Source: Candidatus Thorarchaeota archaeon
GTDB taxonomy: Archaea; Asgardarchaeota; Thorarchaeia; Thorarchaeales; Thorarchaeaceae
Length of the DNA stretch: 47,917 nucleotides
Assembly: GCA_016839445.1 (NCBI GenBank)
Contig: JAEOUG010000037.1
Coordinates: 1 to 47,917, forward strand
Direction of reading: 5' to 3'
The notes under the pieces were generated by a model that was not told where the DNA came from, did not search any database, and was given only the letters and a program-made list of their open reading frames with translations. Made by a program: the position numbers and the translations under genes. Shown piece by piece: positions 8,599-17,307 of the stretch (the stretch's first letter is position 1; the number at the start of each line of letters is the position of its first letter).

Positions 8599-9681
8599 TT
8601 AGTCGAAGCGATACGAATCCGTCCCTAAGAGACCAGTATTCCCTATCCTCACATTCTCAAGCCCCTCCTCTTTCGCTGCCGCGTAGGCCGCCTGTGCGTG
8701 AGCTCTGCTAGTACGTGGTAGATCCGACATGAGGTACTTCGGAGAGAACCCCAGCAGTGCAGTTGGAATACCTCTGCCGCATGAGGCAATGAATCTGAAG
8801 AGATCATGTAGCTCTCCTAGATCGAGATATCCGGGAATGAGGAGGATGCTAGCTACTAATGACGAGCCATCAGGCTCATCCATCATCGCTGCCACCTTGC
8901 GGAAATTGCGCAGTACTTGTCCGTTCGACACTCCTGTGAGGGCTGAATACAGAGATGGTGTGACTGCCTTGAGGTCGAACTTCAGGGTGCCCCCCGATTT
9001 CTTCACCATGTTGACCGTTCGCACAAGCCATTGACTGGACATGTTCCCATTGGTTTCATAACACACCTTGAGCTGCCATCTGTCGTACAGTATCTCAGAA
9101 ACGTCAAGGGCGTGCCTCGGATTGCACGCGGGGTCTCCTCCGAAGTAGCACACACAGGCTGTGCGATCATCCGCCACATCTGCAAGCTGTTCAGGACTCA
9201 TCAGGGGTCTTCCGGCAGCCATCATCAGTCGGTAGCTAGCATTCTGACAGAACAGGCAGTCTGAGTTGCATGAGCCATAGAACACGGCGAGATTCTTGAG
9301 TCTGGCCGTTGCGTCGTCTGTCATCCTCTTGTCCTTAACTCTACATACCCAGTCTGCTACGCAGTTTGTCGGGAGTGGATCGAAATACCAAGATACAACT
9401 GCGCTTTTCCCAAACCTGTGGACTACTTCGCCTCTCTCTGCCGCCCTTAGGTTACAGAACCCTCTCTGCCCTTCCACCATCCTGCAGTGGTTGCCACAAT
9501 CTGGACAGACGATATCTCCGGCTGCAGGGACTAACGGGGCCAAGCCGTCTTTGAGTCTCTGATTCTGATGAACTCTCATCACGGAGGCAGGAGGTTCATC
9601 TCTCTGCCTTAAGCAGTCTCCACAGATGCCAATGGCCTTTGAGACAATCCGCTCATCTTTCGTGTGAGTAGGGCAGTACAT
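8599..9681 (-). CDS. Radical SAM protein (PFL-activase/AmmeMemoRadiSam-like)
   Basis: CNSDCLFCQN (CxxxCxxC), YFGGDP, ETNG, FDLK, plus extra N-terminal Cys motifs (CPDCGNHC...C). Confidence 0.85.
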   Translation of the reverse strand: MYCPTHTKDERIVSKAIGICGDCLRQRDEPPASVMRVHQNQRLKDGLAPLVPAAGDIVCPDCGNHCRMVEGQRGFCNLRAAERGEVVHRFGKSAVVSWYFDPLPTNCVADWVCRVKDKRMTDDATARLKNLAVFYGSCNSDCLFCQNASYRLMMAAGRPLMSPEQLADVADDRTACVCYFGGDPACNPRHALDVSEILYDRWQLKVCYETNGNMSSQWLVRTVNMVKKSGGTLKFDLKAVTPSLYSALTGVSNGQVLRNFRKVAAMMDEPDGSSLVASILLIPGYLDLGELHDLFRFIASCGRGIPTALLGFSPKYLMSDLPRTSRAHAQAAYAAAKEEGLENVRIGNTGLLGTDSYRFD

Positions 9682-9788
9682 CGGTGATATGATGCCACCA
9701 CGAATCGAAGAATCTTTGCACTGATTCCCGTCCGTTCAATAACGGATTTAAGGCAAGGCTTCAAGCACCGAGCCGTCGGTGTAGCAGA

Positions 9789-10334
9789 TTGACGAGTGCC
9801 GAAGACAAATCTCCCATTGTTATAGAGACTCCAGACTCCTCCTTTGTGGAGATGATCAAACACACTGGCGGCCCAAACATCCAGAGCTGCTACCAGTGCG
9901 GCACGTGCAGCGGTAGCTGCCCGGCAGGAGCGAGGACGAACTACCTCGTGCGTGGTATCATCCGAAAGGCACTCCTAGGTCTGAAAGTGGAGTGTATTTC
10001 CGCTCCCGAACTCTGGTATTGCACAACCTGTTACACGTGCACTGACCGTTGCCCTCAAGATGTCAAACCCACCGATGTGATCAAGGCCATACGTAACATC
10101 GCGGTGGCCGAGGGCTACATGCTTGAACCACACCAGAAAGTAGCCCTGAAGGTTCTCGAGGCCGGGCATGCAGTCCCCTTGGACAAAGACAGCTGGGAGG
10201 GCCTTCGCGAGAAGGTAGGGCTTGAGAGAAAGCCTCCCAATGCAAGCAGCCACCCCGAGGCAATCGAGGACATCGTAAAGATGGCGCGAAAGATAGGCTT
10301 CGACAAGCTTGTCGAGGAGAAGGAGGAGGCATAG
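9789..10334 (+). CDS. hdrC: Heterodisulfide reductase subunit C, copy 2
   Basis: CYQCGTCSGSCP, WYCTTCYTCTDRCP, GHAVP. Confidence 0.93.
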   Translation: MTSAEDKSPIVIETPDSSFVEMIKHTGGPNIQSCYQCGTCSGSCPAGARTNYLVRGIIRKALLGLKVECISAPELWYCTTCYTCTDRCPQDVKPTDVIKAIRNIAVAEGYMLEPHQKVALKVLEAGHAVPLDKDSWEGLREKVGLERKPPNASSHPEAIEDIVKMARKIGFDKLVEEKEEA

Positions 10335-10337
10335 AGG

Positions 10338-11252
10338 ATGGCCCGCCCCACGTTCTACCACTTCTTGGGATGCATAATCCCTCACAGATACCCGAGTATT
10401 GAGAGAGCTACCAAGCTCATATTCGAGGACCTTGACATGGACCTTCTTGATATGGAAGGCGCCACTTGTTGTCCTGCTCCAGGTGTCTTTGGTTCCTTTG
10501 ATCGGGTCATGTGGGCAAGCATTGCCGCCCGCAATCTGACTATCGCCGAGGCTGGAGGCCATCCGATAACCACAGGATGCAATGGTTGCTTTGCCAGTCT
10601 TTGGGATGCCAATCACGAGCTCAAACATGACGAGGAGCTTCGCAAGGCGGTCAACTCAAACCTCGCCGAGATTGGCAGAGAGTTCAAGGGGACAATCGAA
10701 GTGACTCACTATGTTGATGCTCTCTACACCACTGCCGGCCTCGACAAGATACGTAAGCGTGTCACTCGCCCCATGAAGGGTGTTAGGATGGCCCTTCATC
10801 CCGGATGTCACTGGATGCGCCCTAAGAACATCAAGAAGAAAGACGACTCCGAGCATCCCCACATCTTCAGAGAGCTATGTGAGGTCTCAGGAGCAGAGTA
10901 CGTTCCGTACAAGGACGAACTCATGTGCTGCGGCGCTGGTGGTGCTGTCCGTACTGCCGATGTCAAGGTTGCGCTCGATTTCACAAAACAGAAGTTTGAC
11001 AGCATCATCGAAGCGGGTGGAGCTGACATGATTGTGACGCCTTGTCCGTTCTGCGAGCTCCAACTTGATTTGGGACAGGTTGAGATTCAGAAGCATTTCG
11101 GAGATGAGTACACCTTTGATGTCATCCATGTATCAGAGCTGCTCGCCCTCGCCTTTGGTCATGATGCTGGCGAGTTTGGCCTGGCGACCCATCTCCAGTA
11201 CATGCAACGCAAGAGCGAGCCTAACTGGGAGCGACTAGGAATCAAGACATAG
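10338..11252 (+). CDS. hdrB: Heterodisulfide reductase subunit B, copy 2
   Basis: GCIIP..YP, CCPAPG, CNGC, HPGCH, CCGAGG, CPFC.LQLD.GQ. Confidence 0.93.
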   Translation: MARPTFYHFLGCIIPHRYPSIERATKLIFEDLDMDLLDMEGATCCPAPGVFGSFDRVMWASIAARNLTIAEAGGHPITTGCNGCFASLWDANHELKHDEELRKAVNSNLAEIGREFKGTIEVTHYVDALYTTAGLDKIRKRVTRPMKGVRMALHPGCHWMRPKNIKKKDDSEHPHIFRELCEVSGAEYVPYKDELMCCGAGGAVRTADVKVALDFTKQKFDSIIEAGGADMIVTPCPFCELQLDLGQVEIQKHFGDEYTFDVIHVSELLALAFGHDAGEFGLATHLQYMQRKSEPNWERLGIKT

Positions 11253-11299
11253 TCTGGCGTGCGAAGACAATAATGAAACAAGGAAGATGAGGCACGCCT

Positions 11300-11431
11300 T
11301 CATTCTACTCTGGCTACAGGCACGGAGAAGTTGACAATCTCAATCTTACTGAGATCGTCGATGTTGATGCTATCCCCCCTGTGCTTCGTCCGTGTCAAAA
11401 GAGCTCTGGTATAGAGCCTAGTAGCCTTCAT
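11300..11431 (-). CDS. Possible 43-aa small protein
   Basis: Manual translation MKATRLYTRALLTRTKHRGDSINIDDLSKIEIVNFSVPVARVE*. AT-rich TATA-like TTAATATT about 25 bp upstream; fills an otherwise empty 290-bp gap. Confidence 0.3.
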   Translation of the reverse strand: MKATRLYTRALLTRTKHRGDSINIDDLSKIEIVNFSVPVARVE

Positions 11432-11542
11432 ATCATTGGGACGTTATGGAGGTAATATTAAGTCGTTGCATTAGAAATCGTTAATTCTGGAAGATTGGCG
11501 CCAATCAATGCTCTTGGTAGTCGCGTCTGGTGTGTGCTCTGC

Positions 11543-12106
11543 TCATTTCAGCTTGCTCTCTCCATAGAACAGCTCGCCGAGACGCTTCATTGCGTCTCTG
11601 ACACACTCTCGAGACCCTGACACCTGCAAGTGCCGCTCTCCGTCAAGCGAAATGTTGACGCGACAGTCTTCAGCCATCTCCGATATTACTTCCACCGGGA
11701 TTTCATCAGGCAGTTTGATTCTGAAGAAACCTGTGTACTTGTCACGTGGGATGTCAGAGATGGGTGTCTTCGTTACATGATCTGCAGCATCCAACCGCCC
11801 CTCAAGAGCGTCTTCGAATTTCTGAAGCCACTGCTCCCTGTACCCGACGCCCTTGTCTTCGGCCTGCTGCATTATGACGTCTTTGATGCTCAACACCTTT
11901 GCAGAGATCTCGTTGTGGAGATCTGTGTCTTGGGAGTCCGTCGCTCCAATGTCCTTTGAGAACGAGTCAAGGTACTCGATGACCATTTTCGCGTTCCTGA
12001 GATCGGCTCTGATAAGGTCTGGAAGAAACACCCCGGTTCTCTCGAGTTCTCCCACAAGATCGTTGAGTATCATCCAAGCTGACCGAAGTGCCGCCACGGA
12101 GTACAT
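11543..12106 (-). CDS. DUF2096-like archaeal protein
   Basis: W.IL.DL..EL...G...P.....DLR.AK..I N-terminus and C-terminal 'IPRD...FRIKLP' domain recalled from DUF2096; starts 4 bp after the hdrA stop. Confidence 0.65.
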   Translation of the reverse strand: MYSVAALRSAWMILNDLVGELERTGVFLPDLIRADLRNAKMVIEYLDSFSKDIGATDSQDTDLHNEISAKVLSIKDVIMQQAEDKGVGYREQWLQKFEDALEGRLDAADHVTKTPISDIPRDKYTGFFRIKLPDEIPVEVISEMAEDCRVNISLDGERHLQVSGSRECVRDAMKRLGELFYGESKLK

Positions 12107-12110
12107 CTTA

Positions 12111-15100
12111 TCACTCCCTGAGCATATCCTCTATCTCATCAAGGAAGCTCTCTTCTCTCCACCAGCGGAGGTCACGTGCTCCTGTTGGGCAGATAGCCGC
12201 ACAGGCACCACAGCCCTCGCATCGCATCTCGTCAGTGACGCTCTTCTTCACTCCAGGTTCAATCTCTACCATTGAGATGGCGTCGTACGGGCAAATCTCA
12301 GAGTAGTGGCAGAGGTCGCAGCCGACACACAGATCTTGATCAACGTCTGCGGTCATTAGCTCGACTTCCACTGTTCCCAGATTCAAGGGAGCAGTTGCCT
12401 CGCTTGCGGCGCCTCTGGCCTGATTAATGGAATCTGAAACGTTCTTTGCGTAAGTACATCCGAGGAAGACGCCTGGCACAGTGGTCTCAACTGGTCTGAA
12501 TTTCATATGCATCTCCGCAAGGAATCCATCCTGTCCTCGATTGATTCCAATGGCTTTGGTAAGCTCTCCAACATCGTGTGGTGCCTCCAGCCCCAGAGCA
12601 AGCACTACCATTGACGACTTGATCTTGAAGGTCTCCTGCGAGAGCGTGTCATAGATTGTGACAATTGCCTCCCCATCATCTCCTTCTTCCACTGTGACGG
12701 GTCTGTCCCTGTGCCATCTGAGATAGGCCACACCGTTCTGACGGTTCTCTCGCCACATCTCCTCCATGCCATTGGCAAAGGGCCGAATGTGCTCTTTGTA
12801 TGCTGAGAAGATCTTGATGTCAGGAAACATCTCATGCAGCTCGTGTTGCATTGCAATGACTGCCGAGCAACAGACGCGTGAGCAGTAGCGGTTTCCCTCA
12901 CCTGGGTTCTGGCGGGAGCCAACGCAGTGAATGAATACAGGATTCTTAGGAGCGTCCTTCAGTTGGCCGTTCTTCATCATTCTCTCCAGTTCGAGGGTTG
13001 TGATGACTCCGGGGACCGTCTTCCATCCGTATTCTCCCTCTTCTGGGTCATAGACATCCGTTCCAACAGCGATTACCATGGTGCCGATTCTGTAGGTTGA
13101 TCTCACACCTGTTTCCATGTTATGCACGTGGATGTCATAGTTACCGTAGGATCCATCACGAGCAACAACCTTGGAGTTGAGGAGGACCTCTATTCTCTTC
13201 TCTTTTGAAACTCTGGATGTAAGGTCCTGCACGATTTCATCTGCAGAACTCATTACGGGGAAGAGCCTGTGAAGGTCGTTGAGCCTTCCTCCGAGCTGTC
13301 CTTCTTTCTCCACCAAATAGACTTTGAAACCCTTCCTCGCGATATCGAGCGCTGCAGTCATGCCCGACACGCCACCGCCAACGACCATGGCCTCTCGGGT
13401 CACCTTGACTTCTTTGAGTGGCACATCTTCGTTGTTGAGCGCTTTGGCGACTGCGCTCCTGATCATATCCTGAGCTTTCTCCTGCCTCACATCTCGAGCA
13501 TCCTTTGTGTGCACGAGAGTGAGTTGCTCCCTCAGACCAACAGGCCCTACAAGGTAGTAACGTGAGAGCCCTGCTGCCTCCAATGCCGCCCTGAAGGTTT
13601 CTTCATGCTGAAGTGGCGAGCACGAACCCACCACAACTCGATTCAACTTGTGGTCCTTGATAGCCTGAGTGACAAGCTCCTGTCCTGGGTCGCTGCACAT
13701 GAAAATGTAATCTGTGCTGTAGACGACATTCCCTATGTCTCCCGCCCAGTCTGCAAGACTGGGGGCGTCTATCTCGTTACCAATGATGCCTCCGCAGTGA
13801 CAAATGAAGACACCGACGCGTGGTTCATCTCCAAGCTCCGCGGGTGGAATCTCAGGCGGTGCCTCTGGCTGAGGTATGGGTAAGATCGAGTGAGCCGCCA
13901 TCGCTGCCCCCTTCCCTTCATTGACAGTATCCGTGCCGTCACGTGGACCGTGGGCACAGCCAGCAACAAAGATGCCGGGTCGGTTTGTCTCCAGAGCCTT
14001 AGAGTTGGGGTCTTTCTCCCTAATCCAGCCAGTCTCATCCATCTCAATGCCTAGAATCTGAGCGAGCTGCTCAGTTTCTTTACTGGGGCGGAAGCTTGAA
14101 TTCAGAACTACCATGGAAATCTTGTCGAGTTCGATAATCTCCCCAGACTCAGTGTCTTCCATTTTGACGAACAGGTCGTGGGTATCAGGGTCTTCCTGAA
14201 TCTCGGCGACTCGTCCTCGGATGAACTTCACTCCGCGGTTCTTCTCCGTATCCCAGAGGAACTCCTCAAGGGCCTTCCCTGCGGTTCTCATATCCATGTA
14301 AGTGTAGATGATCTCACAGTGATCCTCGGGATAGTGCATCCGAGTCACTTGGGCCAGTTTCACACCAAAGGAGCAGCAGACACGGTTGCAGTGGTCGCTG
14401 TAGCCGCTGATGTTTTCTCTCACATCTCTACTGCCTACACAGTTGACAAACAAAATCCTCTCAGGTTCTCTCCCATCTGATGGTCGAACCATATGCGCAT
14501 CTGTGGGGCCAGTGGGATGGGTCTGTCTATCGTACTCGAGAGATGTCAGGACGTTAGGATAGATACCATACCCATACTCGCCGTAGTCCAGCGGTTTGTA
14601 TTCTTCAAAACCTGTTGCTACAACGATGGATCCGACATGAAGTTCGAAGACCTCATCCTTGTCATCATAGTTAATGCACTGCTGCGGGCACACGGCAGCG
14701 CATGTTCCACAGCCGATGCAAGACTCCCTGTCAAGAGTCGCGACCAGGGGTATCTGCTGTGCGAAGTTGAAGTAGATTGCCTTTCTAAGCGACTGGCCGA
14801 AGTCGTAATCGTTAGGAATCTCCACTGGACACGAGCGGACGCAGAGCTGACAGCCAGTGCACTTATTCTCGTCAACGTATCTCGCGGTCTTGCGGATTGT
14901 GACTGTGAAGTCGCCTGCCTCTCCCTCTATCTTCTCGACCCTTGAGAGGGCGTGAATGGTGATGTTCTGATGCTTTCCAACAAAGGAAGTGAGTGGTGTC
15001 ATGACACAGGCAGAGCACTCGAGAGCTGGGAAGATCTTGTAAATGGCGACGTAGTTGCCACCAATGTTCACAGTGTTCTCGATCATGTGGGCATGGTGGC

Positions 15101-15212
15101 CGCCATTGGCTAGACCAAGAGCAGCACTGATTCCTGCCATGCCTCCACCAATGACTAGAACATCAGTGGGCTTTGATGTCTGGTCGGATTTCTTTGCTGT
15201 ATCGCTGACCAT
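12111..15212 (-). CDS. hdrA: Heterodisulfide reductase subunit A-like flavoprotein, long two-module form (1033 aa)
   Basis: Two FAD-binding motifs (GGGMAG, GGGVSG), two CVGSR...C.RVCC motifs, inserted and C-terminal 2x[4Fe-4S] ferredoxins, internal GVFICHCG domain. Confidence 0.93.
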   Translation of the reverse strand: MVSDTAKKSDQTSKPTDVLVIGGGMAGISAALGLANGGHHAHMIENTVNIGGNYVAIYKIFPALECSACVMTPLTSFVGKHQNITIHALSRVEKIEGEAGDFTVTIRKTARYVDENKCTGCQLCVRSCPVEIPNDYDFGQSLRKAIYFNFAQQIPLVATLDRESCIGCGTCAAVCPQQCINYDDKDEVFELHVGSIVVATGFEEYKPLDYGEYGYGIYPNVLTSLEYDRQTHPTGPTDAHMVRPSDGREPERILFVNCVGSRDVRENISGYSDHCNRVCCSFGVKLAQVTRMHYPEDHCEIIYTYMDMRTAGKALEEFLWDTEKNRGVKFIRGRVAEIQEDPDTHDLFVKMEDTESGEIIELDKISMVVLNSSFRPSKETEQLAQILGIEMDETGWIREKDPNSKALETNRPGIFVAGCAHGPRDGTDTVNEGKGAAMAAHSILPIPQPEAPPEIPPAELGDEPRVGVFICHCGGIIGNEIDAPSLADWAGDIGNVVYSTDYIFMCSDPGQELVTQAIKDHKLNRVVVGSCSPLQHEETFRAALEAAGLSRYYLVGPVGLREQLTLVHTKDARDVRQEKAQDMIRSAVAKALNNEDVPLKEVKVTREAMVVGGGVSGMTAALDIARKGFKVYLVEKEGQLGGRLNDLHRLFPVMSSADEIVQDLTSRVSKEKRIEVLLNSKVVARDGSYGNYDIHVHNMETGVRSTYRIGTMVIAVGTDVYDPEEGEYGWKTVPGVITTLELERMMKNGQLKDAPKNPVFIHCVGSRQNPGEGNRYCSRVCCSAVIAMQHELHEMFPDIKIFSAYKEHIRPFANGMEEMWRENRQNGVAYLRWHRDRPVTVEEGDDGEAIVTIYDTLSQETFKIKSSMVVLALGLEAPHDVGELTKAIGINRGQDGFLAEMHMKFRPVETTVPGVFLGCTYAKNVSDSINQARGAASEATAPLNLGTVEVELMTADVDQDLCVGCDLCHYSEICPYDAISMVEIEPGVKKSVTDEMRCEGCGACAAICPTGARDLRWWREESFLDEIEDMLRE

Positions 15213-15458
15213 TGAGGCTGGCTCCAGGCTACGGTAGTGTCGGCGGCAACATCAGAAGGCGTTATTTAACCCTAACGTTGGTGCCGCCACTTGGTGAGCG
15301 GCTTGAATGCATAAAACCGGTCCCTATACGGCAGAAAGAGGATGTATTGGAACACGTGTTCTAACAGCAAACAAGCCCTCAATCTTCATCGCCTTGAGTT
15401 TCAGATACACTGGTCCGGGCCTTGGGCCGAAGTGCAGGGGCGACCTTGCAGACACTCT

Positions 15459-16520
15459 CTAGTCTGATCTCCTCCCAACCCAGAGGTACGCCAGTCCCGC
15501 GAATACGTATGCCAGAAGGTAGAGAATGATGGGTATCCACAGGAACTCCAGTCGCAGGGCATAGCTGATTCCTCTGCCATATCCTCCTAGTCCGGGGGGC
15601 AAGTAGACCCAGACCAAGAACGCGAAGTAGATGCCAAAGACGACACCACGCATCCACCTCTTCCAGCCAAAGGCGTACATGCCCGTGAAGACGAACATGA
15701 ATGCAAACCCGCCGAAGAACATCGGCCACATCTCTGGGCTGCTAAGCGGGTCTTGCAGCGTATTGTACACCGCTACATAGAGAGCATGTATCGCGACGAA
15801 GCTCTCGAGCGTGACCACCCACGCTTTGTTGACGTGGACTACAGTGTATGCCAACGAGACCTGAGTGAACAAAAGGAACATGTAGAAGAATCCCGTAAGC
15901 AGCTGTGGGTCATAAGCCATCGGATGGAACCAGAAGGTGTAGACCAGCGCCCAGGCAACAATATAGGGATGGTTTCTTCTGAACCATCCAGAAGCCTGCG
16001 CAGTGATTGGCTTTCCCGCCTTACGTCCTAGAAAGAGCCCCCTCCGAGGGTTCTCAATAATGAGGATAAAGACGAGCATCAGAATGACAGATCCTTGGCT
16101 TGTCCAGATTGGGACATCCTGCGCTAGTCCATCGAACCAGATGTGTGTCTGGACCAAGTGGAGCACGATGAAGGCAAGGTTCAAACCAATAGTGGCCCAG
16201 TTGTATCTTGTGAGACCTTTGGTAGGCCTCGCGGCTAGATCGCTCAGGTTCTTCTTCGCCCAGTAGATTGCTCCCCAGATTGTGAACTGGTGTGCAAGGT
16301 AGAAGGACCAGACTATGATTTGATTGACGAGGATTGGGGCTTCAGGAGGCGGAAGCTGCCAGTAGTACCATGACGCGCCAAGGTCGTCTATCAGAATGCT
16401 CGTGAATGGTTCCAGCAACGGACCCAGCGCCCAGATGATGAGAGTGAATAGCACAGCGAAGGCCCAGCCCCCCGCAAGTGCGTAGTATGCACGGTTTGAC
16501 TCGATTGGTTCCTGGCTCAT
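15459..16520 (-). CDS. Polytopic membrane protein of unknown function
   Basis: About 10 hydrophobic segments with intramembrane His (HQF, HLVQTH, FWFHP, IHA). Start uncertain (16520 or 16556). Confidence 0.7.
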   Translation of the reverse strand: MSQEPIESNRAYYALAGGWAFAVLFTLIIWALGPLLEPFTSILIDDLGASWYYWQLPPPEAPILVNQIIVWSFYLAHQFTIWGAIYWAKKNLSDLAARPTKGLTRYNWATIGLNLAFIVLHLVQTHIWFDGLAQDVPIWTSQGSVILMLVFILIIENPRRGLFLGRKAGKPITAQASGWFRRNHPYIVAWALVYTFWFHPMAYDPQLLTGFFYMFLLFTQVSLAYTVVHVNKAWVVTLESFVAIHALYVAVYNTLQDPLSSPEMWPMFFGGFAFMFVFTGMYAFGWKRWMRGVVFGIYFAFLVWVYLPPGLGGYGRGISYALRLEFLWIPIILYLLAYVFAGLAYLWVGRRSD

Positions 16521-16633
16521 GTTTCGCTCACCGGATGCTCCTTTGACGCCGCTCACTTGGTTCTCCTCCTACATAAGGGTGGTGCAGAGAAGATAAATCA
16601 GTGATTGATTTGCTAGTTAGAGCGGTGTCCCTG

Positions 16634-16966
16634 ATGACGAAGGACCGAATCTTAAGTGAACTCAGGAGCCTCGGCTCACGCTTCAACGACCCCAAGATAC
16701 AGCGCCGGTTCAAGGAGTATAACAAGACCCTGCAGTTCGTGTTCCCGGACATAGACACCAAGATGTACATGAGAATCGGCGACGCTGAGCTTCTGGAGAT
16801 TGCAGAGGGAAACACGGAGGCTGAGCTCGAGGTCACGATGGACAGTGTTGTATTCTTTGGGATCATGGACAAGACCGAGAGCCCCATGGCTGCGTATTCG
16901 GCTGGGAAACTGAAGACAAGAGGTGAGGTGCCTGATCTCTTGAAGCTTCAGAAGCTACTTCTCTAG
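16634..16966 (+). CDS. SCP2 sterol/lipid-binding domain protein
   Basis: EAELEVTMDSVVFFGIMDKTESPMAAYSAGKLKTRGEVPDLLKL matches the SCP2 C-terminal signature. Confidence 0.8.
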   Translation: MTKDRILSELRSLGSRFNDPKIQRRFKEYNKTLQFVFPDIDTKMYMRIGDAELLEIAEGNTEAELEVTMDSVVFFGIMDKTESPMAAYSAGKLKTRGEVPDLLKLQKLLL

Positions 16967-17305
16967 TTCAGGTTCCTTCTCAACTACCATTGTGACTATC
17001 TCTCTCATTCGAACCATCTGCTCTCTCACTCTTTCGGCGCCGTCTCTTGTCAGCACTGCGAAGGTCGTTGGTTTGAGGTCCACAAAGCGCTTCGATATCC
17101 GAACCAGTCCTAGCTCCTCCAGTTTCCTCAAGTGGCTGGCCAAGTTGCCCGAAGTGAGTGAGAGCTTCTTCTGCAGAACCGGGAACGTTGCATGCTGGGT
17201 GAAGTAAAGGTAGACAAGAATGGAGAGCCGTGTGGGGACCATGGTCTCACGGTCTTCTTCCATGAGGCCAACCAGTGCTGAGAGCAGGTCCCCGTCCAGA
17301 CCCAA
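16955..17305 (-). CDS. Winged-helix DNA-binding protein (HTH_34-like)
   Basis: PTRLSILVYL...F..LQKKLSLTSGNLASHLRKLEELGLV...K.F...KPTT...LT..G. Confidence 0.85.
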   Translation of the reverse strand: MGLDGDLLSALVGLMEEDRETMVPTRLSILVYLYFTQHATFPVLQKKLSLTSGNLASHLRKLEELGLVRISKRFVDLKPTTFAVLTRDGAERVREQMVRMREIVTMVVEKEPELEK

Positions 17306-17307
17306 GG

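Noticed and set aside
12111-15212. Selenocysteine (UGA) recoding in hdrA or other redox genes
   Set aside because: The frames are uninterrupted and the relevant positions are Cys (ECSAC, GSCSP). No in-frame TGA needs to be read through.
7085-15212. Methanogenesis inferred from hdr genes
   Set aside because: HdrABC is widespread in non-methanogens, and no mcr or mtr genes are in the window.
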